Positions 31,689 through 42,594 of a stretch of DNA of 64,000 nt are shown piece after piece. A program made the position numbers and the translations under genes. How positions within the stretch are numbered: the stretch's first letter is position 1; the number at the start of each line of letters is the position of its first letter. The notes below the pieces were generated by a model. That model did no database searches and had not been told where the DNA came from. It saw only the letters and a list, made by a program, of their open reading frames with translations. This stretch comes from Escherichia phage RB3: the sequence record KM606994; one strand, 5' to 3'.

Positions 31689-31933
31689 TATAAATTCTCT
31701 TTTAAATGAAAATGCAGGACTTATTGGCATTGCCTGCGCAAGCCCTCAAGGGGAACATAGGTTTTTGGATATTTAACGACCAGGATAACCATAAACCCGT
31801 CATCATTCACATTCAAGAGGTACACCGTAAAACTGCCGAGGTCTTAAAACTATAATGATTCGCAAATCATTAATCAGACAGTTCGACGGCTCCTCGATTT
31901 TAGCTCACACTAAGGTAGTGAATCTCCAATAAA

Positions 31934-32182
31934 TTACTTCAATGTTACCACAAAGTGACGAACTGCTTTTCGTGCAGCAGAAGCCAGAGGCTTAGCATAT
32001 TTAAGTTCATCTTTTTCCTGAAGCTCAGCAGCTAATGCAGTTTGAGCAGGATTCAGATGTTTGAAATAACGCAGGATTTCAAGAGCTTCGGCTTCAACAT
32101 CAATAGATGCGCCATAGTTTTCGTGACCATTATTCCATGCGTTTCGTTGCAGTTCAAGAGCGTGTTGTAATTGTTTAATCAT
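31934..32182 (-). CDS. rIII: rIII lysis inhibition accessory protein
   Basis: 82 aa, MIKQLQHALELQRNAWNNGHENYG... Confidence 0.88.
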   Translation of the reverse strand: MIKQLQHALELQRNAWNNGHENYGASIDVEAEALEILRYFKHLNPAQTALAAELQEKDELKYAKPLASAARKAVRHFVVTLK

Positions 32183-32329
32183 TTAAAAATTCTCGTTAGA
32201 GATTAAAACTCGGTAGTCACGTTCTTCTGAATTTCATCTTCTTTCGACAGATCTCTCAGTTGTAGACTACCACATAGAATTGTTCGGTTAACTTATTATT
32301 CCGACACCCAATTCATATTATTATTTATA

Positions 32330-32665
32330 TCACTTATAAAGACATGGAATAGCTTTATAGTGGCAAGTGACGAATTTTTGTTTAATTTCTTTTGGCTGCT
32401 TAAGACCCAGAGCTACAAAAGGATGCGGAACGTTTCGAATTTGACCAACTGGAAGAGAAGTCAAATCACCAACTTCGCAGAAACCTTCAGGAACATCAGG
32501 ACCAACAGAGTGAACTACACACAGTTCAGGAACTTCACCTTGAACACGTTTACCGATAATAAGTCCTGATTCTGTAACTTCTTCATCACCAGCTTGTGCA
32601 GGTTCAGAAACTAAAATAACATATTCACCGACAGCACGAATTGGTAGCTGTTGTACTTCAGACAT
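32330..32665 (-). CDS. 31: gp31 co-chaperonin (GroES functional analogue)
   Basis: 111 aa, [24 protein letters not shown]...; MotA-type promoter upstream. Confidence 0.9.
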
Positions 32666-32695
32666 CGTTTTTCCTTTTTGTTAACAGATGAATTA

Positions 32696-32723
32696 ATAAT
32701 AACAAATAATTCTTAAAGCATTT
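32696..32723 (-). promoter_or_regulatory. MotA-type middle promoter for gene 31
   Basis: AATGCTTTA MotA box, 12-nt spacer, TATTAT -10 on minus strand. Confidence 0.5.
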
Positions 32724-33030
32724 ATTTACCAATAAATTGGAGTAAATGCTCAACTTTCATACCATTAACAGAAATCAATTTGTCAATAGAAAAACCTCGC
32801 CATGCACCAAGCTCAACATCAAATACTGGAATCATGTCAGTAGATTCTTTCCGAGTAGATTCAGTCAATTTGCCAGTTTGCATGGTTGGCATAAAGTCTG
32901 CATCACGAGTACCTTTCATAACACGAATAGTACCATCAGACTTTTCAAAAACTACGTTTGAAACACCCATGGACAATTTAGTTTTCAAAATTTCGCGAAT
33001 TGCTACTTTTTGTTCAGTCGTCAGTTTCAT
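32722..33030 (-). CDS. Hypothetical protein (31.1 position)
   Basis: 102-aa ORF. Confidence 0.5.
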   Translation of the reverse strand: MKLTTEQKVAIREILKTKLSMGVSNVVFEKSDGTIRVMKGTRDADFMPTMQTGKLTESTRKESTDMIPVFDVELGAWRGFSIDKLISVNGMKVEHLLQFIGK

Positions 33031-33267
33031 TTATTTACCTATTACAGTTTTAATATGAGTTGTTCCACGTTCTTTAAGGGTGGAAAGTAATTTTTGGCAT
33101 TTTTCTAAATCAGATTTCCAACTATACGGTCTATCAATACTAGTCCAATCAGTTTTATAATACTGTTTCCATTTAGAGAAAAAATATTTCTTATACTCTA
33201 CAGCAAATGAGATGTTCTCGTTAGAATAAGAACTAATTGCTGTGAGCTTTACCAAACGAAATTTCAT
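33031..33267 (-). CDS. Hypothetical protein (31.2 position)
   Basis: 78-aa ORF. Confidence 0.5.
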   Translation of the reverse strand: MKFRLVKLTAISSYSNENISFAVEYKKYFFSKWKQYYKTDWTSIDRPYSWKSDLEKCQKLLSTLKERGTTHIKTVIGK

Positions 33268-33848
33268 TATTCACCACAGAATTCGTTGATATTTTCCCAG
33301 TTTAACTTATTCAAGTTTTTCTTAGGAACATTAAACACTTCAATACCTGCATTTCGCAGAATATCATCCCAACCAGGTTTATTTTTGTCGTATGTTTCGC
33401 AATAAACCAGTTTTTTAATTCCAGATTGAGCTATCGCTTTTGCGCAATCCGGACATGGAGAAAGTGTTACATACATAGTAGCACCTTCAATAGAAGAACC
33501 ATTTCGTGCAGCAAACAAAATTGCATTTAGTTCAGCATGAATTTCATTTTTAGATGACCATTCCGAGTGAGCACTACGGTGTTCTTTCGCCAAAACAAAA
33601 CGATCAGTTGAACCAAATGATACGCATTCAGGCTTATGACCTTGAATGATAGTATGTTTAGGCTTATTCAACAACCAACCTCGCTCAGCAGCATAATCAC
33701 AACAGTTCACACCTCCTGCGGGTGAACCATTATACCCAGTAGAAATAATACGTCCATTCTTTTCAATTACTGCTCCTACCTTCCAGGAGCAACATTTTGA
33801 TTCCTGTGATACTAAATATGCAATTTGAAGTACTGTACTCGCTTTCAT
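33267..33848 (-). CDS. cd: dCMP deaminase
   Basis: 193 aa; cytidine/dCMP deaminase Zn motifs (HAELNAI...PCPDCA). Confidence 0.9.
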   Translation of the reverse strand: MKASTVLQIAYLVSQESKCCSWKVGAVIEKNGRIISTGYNGSPAGGVNCCDYAAERGWLLNKPKHTIIQGHKPECVSFGSTDRFVLAKEHRSAHSEWSSKNEIHAELNAILFAARNGSSIEGATMYVTLSPCPDCAKAIAQSGIKKLVYCETYDKNKPGWDDILRNAGIEVFNVPKKNLNKLNWENINEFCGE

Positions 33849-34183
33849 TTCATAATCACCAGATAAGCAGATTTAGCAGTTTCAACACGATAAATTTCGT
33901 GACGAAGTTTAGTTATACTTTTAATAACAGAACTAATTATATTCTGCCCATCTTTAAAGCGGTTTTTCTTATCAATAAAAACTGCGCCAGTCATCTTTTT
34001 GTGAAGCTCAACTGGATACTTCGTCACAATAATCGCATCATACACAGAAGGATGAATACTATTCACCAGAGTATCATTCATTAAAGTTATTCTAATGAAC
34101 TGTGCTGTTTCAGAATCAAGCGCTCTATGATCGCCAGTATCATTTTCAAGACAATTATCAATTATATCAGTTAAATTCATCAT
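33845..34183 (-). CDS. Hypothetical protein (cd.1 position)
   Basis: 112-aa ORF. Confidence 0.45.
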   Translation of the reverse strand: MMNLTDIIDNCLENDTGDHRALDSETAQFIRITLMNDTLVNSIHPSVYDAIIVTKYPVELHKKMTGAVFIDKKNRFKDGQNIISSVIKSITKLRHEIYRVETAKSAYLVIMK

Positions 34184-34416
34184 AGTACGCCATACACCCT
34201 TTGTGCTTCAACTAATCCATCAAAATCCAGTTTAAGATGCGATATTTGATCGCCATCACCTGGATTCACAATTACTAATACTGAACGAGGAGTTTCGGTA
34301 ATAACACGAACCGATGTTTCAGGAAATCGTTCAGAAACCTTATTTACTAATTCCTGTGCAAATAGTTTAACTTTTTCTTGGAATTCTTTAACAGTAATTG
34401 GTTTTTCACTTAGCAT
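34180..34416 (-). CDS. Hypothetical protein (cd.2 position)
   Basis: 78-aa ORF. Confidence 0.45.
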   Translation of the reverse strand: MLSEKPITVKEFQEKVKLFAQELVNKVSERFPETSVRVITETPRSVLVIVNPGDGDQISHLKLDFDGLVEAQRVYGVL

Positions 34417-34937
34417 GTTGATCCCAGCTCCTTACTTTCAACGTTTTTAACTAATTTGACAGAAACTAATTCAGCATCTTGGGTAATCATTACCGGACCT
34501 TCTTCATACTCTTCAAGATATTCTAGAGCTTTCTTTTTAGCTTCTTCCTTCGTATCAGTTTGAGCATAGATATAGAACATACAACCAGTAATACCTACTA
34601 CTTTCCACTTAATTTCTTTATCAGTTTTAATTTCAAATTTACTTACAGAATCATCTTTTTGAACTTCTTCGAAAAAAGAATATTCTAACATATAAGCAAT
34701 TGAAAATAACGGGCTAACTTTATAGGATTCACCCATTACATCAACAGCTTTATACCAGCAGTCATCAATTTCGCGTTTAATGCTAATAACATTTTTCGCA
34801 GGATCTATTTTTACTTTAAATGAATTTTCCCCAATAAACTGGGCAATTCGTTTATTAGCCCCGCAAGTTTCATTAAAAATATCTTTATATCCAGCTTTAA
34901 AGCGATAAACCTTATCTTCTTCAAACCATTCGCTCAT
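34410..34937 (-). CDS. Hypothetical protein (cd.3 position)
   Basis: 175-aa ORF; early promoter upstream. Confidence 0.5.
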   Translation of the reverse strand: MSEWFEEDKVYRFKAGYKDIFNETCGANKRIAQFIGENSFKVKIDPAKNVISIKREIDDCWYKAVDVMGESYKVSPLFSIAYMLEYSFFEEVQKDDSVSKFEIKTDKEIKWKVVGITGCMFYIYAQTDTKEEAKKKALEYLEEYEEGPVMITQDAELVSVKLVKNVESKELGSTC

Positions 34938-34967
34938 TTCAATTTCCTCATTTGTTTTGGTAGAGCT

Positions 34968-34997
34968 ATAATATCACAACTCTACCGTAAAGTAAAC
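34968..34997 (-). promoter_or_regulatory. Early promoter upstream of cd.3-position ORF
   Basis: GTTTAC-18 nt-TATTAT on minus strand. Confidence 0.6.
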
Positions 34998-34999
34998 CA

Positions 35000-35275
35000 T
35001 TAAATCGCTTTGAATTCCGCAGTTTGAGATTCAAAACGAATGTCGCCTTTGATAACTAGCTCAGCATCAAGACCAAATACGACAATGATATGCGCGGAAC
35101 CTGGATACAACGTGATGGCAACAGAATCCACCTGGTCTGGAAGCAAAGTATTCAATACATGAGTTACTTGAGCGTGGATTCGAAGCTCAGCTGCATTATC
35201 AAGTTTTTCAAACATATTATTAGCTATAATTTGGCTAAACACTACTTCTACGATTTTAGAGTAAGTCGGAAACAT
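35000..35275 (-). CDS. Hypothetical protein (cd.4 position)
   Basis: 91-aa ORF. Confidence 0.45.
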   Translation of the reverse strand: MFPTYSKIVEVVFSQIIANNMFEKLDNAAELRIHAQVTHVLNTLLPDQVDSVAITLYPGSAHIIVVFGLDAELVIKGDIRFESQTAEFKAI

Positions 35276-35339
35276 ATTTACCTCACATAATTTTCTTCAA
35301 GCCAATTAATAATATCCCAAGTTTCATGGTGCAAAGCCA

Positions 35340-36543
<1,204 letters not shown>

Positions 36544-36547
<4 letters not shown>

Positions 36548-36780
36548 TTATTTTTCTCAACCAATGATTGAATATAATCATGCAGGTCTTTAGATGCTTT
36601 ACCCCACTTATTTTGATATTCATTTTTGAGATTAGCACGTGATTGAGCTAATAAAACATCATTAGTTGGAGGTAAAGATTCTAATCGTTGAATCTGGCGA
36701 CCATAAATCATTGCAGCCATCTCGGATTCATAAATCAATTCTTTGAGATGTTCAAATTGATGCCATGAAATCATTTGCAT
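36544..36780 (-). CDS. Hypothetical protein
   Basis: 78-aa ORF. Confidence 0.45.
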
Positions 36781-37070
36781 TTATCCTCTTTTAGCTCTTG
36801 ACGATAATAACATATCATAGTTTTTTGGTCATGTACATATCGTTTTACATCATTAAGCCAAATACGAAATTCCTGGGAATCTTCAAATGGCATACCGACC
36901 CAAGCTTTACCATCAATAACTTTAACTTTCCAAGATAGTTTAGCTTCATCATATGACTTTATTTGCACAGGCCAATTAGGATGAACTGTTTCTTTCTTTA
37001 CTTCTAGAGGCTTTGTCGAACAACCAACTAGAAGACCAATAGATAATATTACTGCTGATAGTTTAATCAT
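36771..37070 (-). CDS. Outer-membrane lipoprotein spanin (o-spanin; T4 pseT.2-type)
   Basis: 99 aa; signal peptide with lipobox LLVGC; C-terminal cysteines; 4-nt overlap with upstream i-spanin. Confidence 0.65.
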   Translation of the reverse strand: MIKLSAVILSIGLLVGCSTKPLEVKKETVHPNWPVQIKSYDEAKLSWKVKVIDGKAWVGMPFEDSQEFRIWLNDVKRYVHDQKTMICYYRQELKEDKCK

Positions 37071-37420
37071 TTAGAAAGGTCCTGGATGTCTTCTGCGAAC
37101 TTGTTGAAGGAGTTGTTGATTTGTTTTTCAACCAATCCTGGCTTATGAGCCACCACATCCGCCTTCTTTGCATCTTTGCGCAGTTTTTCATTTTCACGCT
37201 CAATAGCAGCAATTGCCTCACGATTTTTATTATTCATCGCATCAATATAATTATACTGAATTCGCAAATTATTTAATGCTAAAGCGTTTTCATTGGCCGT
37301 TTTTGTAATTTCAGTAACTGATGTTTCTAATCTTTCTACCTTATTTTTTAAAATAATAGATGTTCCGCCAAATGCTATTACAAGTAATAGCAATCCAGCT
37401 GTAAAATTACTTACATGCAT
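37067..37420 (-). CDS. Inner-membrane spanin (i-spanin; T4 pseT.3-type)
   Basis: 117 aa; N-terminal TM helix (AGLLLLVIAFGGTSIIL) then charged coiled-coil. Confidence 0.65.
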   Translation of the reverse strand: MHVSNFTAGLLLLVIAFGGTSIILKNKVERLETSVTEITKTANENALALNNLRIQYNYIDAMNNKNREAIAAIERENEKLRKDAKKADVVAHKPGLVEKQINNSFNKFAEDIQDLSK

Positions 37421-37914
37421 AAAGTTTTAATAACCTCTATAATATCGTCTTGAGAAAGACCGTTAATTAAAATATGATGTTCAGCTGGAGATTTAGAAAT
37501 TTTAAAGCATGCCTCAACATCTTCTGCCATATCCGATGCACTACGATTTGGATTACTAATACCAAGGCGGTGTTTTCCCGTCAAAGGATTAACGATGATA
37601 TAGCATTTGCAGTTATTGATATGAACATTGGGTTGAGTCTGATTAATGAACACTTCACAATCATACTTAGCGAGTTGATTTTCTAAAAAGACTTTCATCT
37701 CTTCAACCGCATCAGGAAGCATATCACGGGCTTGCTCAAGACGACGATTTCGATATTCTTTAATGGTCGTTTTCCGCTTGACTTGCTTAGCTAAATCTTT
37801 CTTAAGATCAGTGATATATCCAACTCGACGATTTCCTTTGAATACAGAAATCCCATCTGTAGTATCACCGTATGCTTCAACGACCATTTCAGTAGTAATA
37901 AGTTGTAAATCCAT
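37411..37914 (-). CDS. alc: Alc, inhibitor of host transcription
   Basis: 167 aa from second Met; position between pseT.3 and rnlA. Confidence 0.85.
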   Translation of the reverse strand: MDLQLITTEMVVEAYGDTTDGISVFKGNRRVGYITDLKKDLAKQVKRKTTIKEYRNRRLEQARDMLPDAVEEMKVFLENQLAKYDCEVFINQTQPNVHINNCKCYIIVNPLTGKHRLGISNPNRSASDMAEDVEACFKISKSPAEHHILINGLSQDDIIEVIKTLCM

Positions 37915-37921
37915 CATAAAG

Positions 37922-37975
37922 TCCTCATGTTATGTCAGTAAGACTACTGTAACACAACACGAGGGACTTGTAAAC
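37922..37975 (-). repeat. 54-bp early promoter/leader cassette, copy B
   Basis: Hand alignment: 52 of 54 nt identical to 22447-22500; the two mismatches lie in the -10 and start region. Confidence 0.85.
37946..37975 (-). promoter_or_regulatory. Early-type promoter (GTTTAC -35, TACAGT -10) upstream of alc
   Basis: GTTTAC-18 nt-TACAGT on minus strand; part of a 54-bp repeat. Confidence 0.55.
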
Positions 37976-37978
37976 AGC

Positions 37979-39566
<1,588 letters not shown>

Positions 39567-39593
39567 AATAAAATGGGCCTTGCGGCCCACTCC

Positions 39594-40096
39594 TTAAAAG
39601 TATTTTTTAAAACTCATCATAACTTTATCATCAACATCATTATCAATCTGTGCAACAAGGTAAGATGACAGTTCTACTTCTTGTGGCGCGGATTGAACAT
39701 TATCAGAATTAAGATATTCACGAATCCAAGGATATGGATGTTTAACCGGAGCATCGGTAATTGGGCATGGAAGACCACACTGTTTCATACGAGATACAGT
39801 TAAGTAATCAATAAAGCTCCACATGCTATTTGTATTTAATCCAGGAACATCGCCATCTTTAAATAAATGAACTGCCCAATCTTTTTCTTGGCGGTTAACT
39901 TCCATGAAAATATCAACTGCTTCTTGTTCACACTCTTGAGCAATTTTAACCCATTCATCACCATCAGTACCGGATTGAAGTTGACGAATAATATATTGAG
40001 TGCCTTTAAGGTGAAGCTGTTCATCGCGTGCAATGAACTTCATAATCTTGGCATTACCTTCCATGATTTCCATGTTCTTATGGAAGTTAAAGGTAC
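39594..40096 (-). CDS. nrdB: Ribonucleotide reductase small subunit NrdB, exon 2
   Basis: Reads ...FNFHKNMEIMEGNAK..., aligning with E. coli NrdB FAFAERELMEGNAK; 3' splice site inferred after an intron-terminal G. Confidence 0.8.
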
Positions 40097-41187
40097 CGTT
40101 ATGTTCGATTGAGCTCGCTAATTCTCAACCCGTTCTCTTATGAACTGCTACATATTACTATGCAGACCAGACTATATCACAATCCCAGAGGGATTCTCCC
40201 CATTTCGAGTCGCTTGACCCTACGTCCGAAGACTAGTCGTTGAACCTTGCTTTGCAATTGTCGCCGTGCCATCGTTTATATGTTGATGGTGATAAATCTT
40301 TCTTATCACAATATGGACAATTCAATTGAATTCTATTTGGATTTAATTTACATCTGTCATTATGTTTTAGATAAAATCCAGGACCTTTACCAATGTGACC
40401 GCAGAAATCACATGTGATTTCTTTTTGTGCAGGATGGGTCCCGTTCTTAACCATTTCTAATGTTTTTGCTGATGTTCTTTTCTTATGGTCTTCTGACAAG
40501 AAATGATGTGAACCGTCATTTACCCGTTTTGATTGAGTTTCTGACTGCATTTTACCACCGCAAAATACATGAGTACCTTCTTTTATAGCTGCAATATTGC
40601 GTTCTTTAACTTTTGCAATATGCTCAGCTTGTTGAAAATTATGTATACCTAATGCAACTCTATTTAAATTAGATTTACGCTGTATTTCACCGTCTAAAAG
40701 ATGAAATGTACCATTTTCTATCTTAGATTTAATAGAGGCAATATTTTTAGCTCGTACTTCAGGGATATTAAAAATCTGGATTTCTCTAGATTTTGCGGCT
40801 TTAGAAGCTAATTCAGAAATTTCTTCAGGAGAATATTTCATTCTAAGCTTTATAGCATGACAAGCCTGGTAATCTTTTTGAGCTAAATGTATATCATAAT
40901 GTTCCTGTATAGAAAGGCACATCAAATTATCTAAATCATTATTTTCACGGTTACCGTCTTTATGATGGATTTCGTCTGTTCTTCCATCAGAATCTTTAGG
41001 TATAGGTCCGTTAGCATCTATCCAAATTTTTCTATAGTTCAATTGTGCATCCTCTTAAAAGTATAATCATATTTATATTATACTAATTAAAGGTGCAAGC
41101 AAAACCTTGGCTGCTAGTTTTCCTATAAAGGACTTTCCAGCAATTAAAGGAGTTTTCGATAAACGTTACCGTTTAAAGGCGCATTTT
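40097..41187 (-). mobile_element. Group I self-splicing intron in nrdB, about 1.09 kb, carrying I-TevIII
   Basis: Interrupts nrdB between FYVSFA and CTFNFHK; 3' core shares GTAGGGTCAAGYGACTCGAAA and GATATAGTCTG with the td intron; boundaries inferred, +/- a few nt. Confidence 0.8.
40233..41042 (-). CDS. Intron-encoded HNH homing endonuclease I-TevIII, full length
   Basis: 269 aa; HNH motif (EIHHKDGNRENNDLDNLMCLSIQEHYDIH); inside nrdB intron. Confidence 0.85.
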   Translation of the reverse strand: MNYRKIWIDANGPIPKDSDGRTDEIHHKDGNRENNDLDNLMCLSIQEHYDIHLAQKDYQACHAIKLRMKYSPEEISELASKAAKSREIQIFNIPEVRAKNIASIKSKIENGTFHLLDGEIQRKSNLNRVALGIHNFQQAEHIAKVKERNIAAIKEGTHVFCGGKMQSETQSKRVNDGSHHFLSEDHKKRTSAKTLEMVKNGTHPAQKEITCDFCGHIGKGPGFYLKHNDRCKLNPNRIQLNCPYCDKKDLSPSTYKRWHGDNCKARFND

Positions 41188-41863
41188 ACGCAAAAGATAC
41201 ATAAAAACGAATAGCTTCTAAGGCATTAATAACGTGCAAACAGAGGTAAAGAGATTTCATTAAAGCACGTTTAGCTTCGGCTTCTTGCTTAATAGCTCGG
41301 TTTAAACGAAAGTCGGCATCAGGAGATTCTTTAGCTAGTTCTACAAATTCTTTAGCATTTTCCCATTCACGGGTTTTAATCAGAACATCATCATAATAGC
41401 GACCGATAGATTCAGCGCGTTTCATAATAGCTTCATCTAATACAATCTCATCAAACACCTTTGACGGATCAGTATAAAGATTTCGCATGATATGTGTATA
41501 TGAACGACTGTGAATAGTTTCACTAAAAGTCCATGTAGCAACCCATGTATCAAGACTTGGGTCTGAAATTAATGACATAAGTACAGCAGATGGCGCACGA
41601 CCCTGAATGCTATCCAAAAGTGATTGATACTTCAGATTATTAGTAAAAATATTTTGCTGATACTGAGGAAGCTTATTAAACTGTGCAGCATCCATCATTA
41701 AGTTTACTTCTTCCGGGCGCCAGAAGAATGACAATTGCTTTTCGGTCAAATCTTCAAAAACTTTATGGCGTTGAATATCATAACGCGCAATACCAAGACC
41801 TGAACCAAAAAACATGGGTTCTTTTAAAACATCAACTGGATTTGTATTAAAAACTGTAGACAT
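41188..41863 (-). CDS. nrdB: Ribonucleotide reductase small subunit NrdB, exon 1
   Basis: Starts MSTVFNTNPVDVLKEPMFFGSG; ATG overlaps mobE stop (TAATG); exon ends ...RFYVSFA + split Cys codon. Confidence 0.8.
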
Positions 41864-42594
41864 TAATTTTTCCTCTTTAAAATTCTGCCGCGTTTCCAAC
41901 CTGGCGGTATAATATCATCTTTACCTATAAGCGTGCATTCACTTCCATTATTAATCCATTTCTTACCGCGGATTCCTTTATAATCTCTTGGTTGTATTTT
42001 ATCAAACTTTGCATCAAGTTGATATGACCATCTAAATCCATAGGCATATTGAAATTTACCCTCAGCACAATATTTGATATTTGACCCGTTTCCATTAACT
42101 GACCTGGACGCTGCCGCAATAGAGTGAAAGGTTTCTATGAAATCCCCATCTAATGAGAATTTATGTATTTCGATAGATGGGCATGCATACCTATTCACGT
42201 TTGATACATGTTGTTTAGTTTCGTTTTTATGATGCTTGCCTAACATTCCTCTAGGATGAGGATTATTTTTCCAATATTTCTTAAAGAAATCAGAATTAGC
42301 TTTAGCAAATAATTTTCTGTGCAAGCTATACAATCTGTTATTAATTCTATTACCAGCTTTATCTGTTGCCATTAACGTTAACGCAGAGGCAAGCCCAAAA
42401 TGGCCTTCATTTATCTTACATAGTAATAGATGCGCTATAAAATGTTCTCTAGCTGTTAATTCAACTAAATTTTCTTTATCATCAGAACCTCCCATGCATT
42501 TAGGGACTATATGATGTGTCTCTTTATATTCAGATAAAGGTTCCCGAGCCTGAGCTCGGGAAATTAGGTCATTATAGATTTTTTGATAATTCAT
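41863..42594 (-). CDS. mobE: HNH homing endonuclease MobE
   Basis: 243 aa; HNH motif (HHIVPKCMGGSDDKENLVELTAREHFIAH); between nrdA and nrdB. Confidence 0.75.
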   Translation of the reverse strand: MNYQKIYNDLISRAQAREPLSEYKETHHIVPKCMGGSDDKENLVELTAREHFIAHLLLCKINEGHFGLASALTLMATDKAGNRINNRLYSLHRKLFAKANSDFFKKYWKNNPHPRGMLGKHHKNETKQHVSNVNRYACPSIEIHKFSLDGDFIETFHSIAAASRSVNGNGSNIKYCAEGKFQYAYGFRWSYQLDAKFDKIQPRDYKGIRGKKWINNGSECTLIGKDDIIPPGWKRGRILKRKN

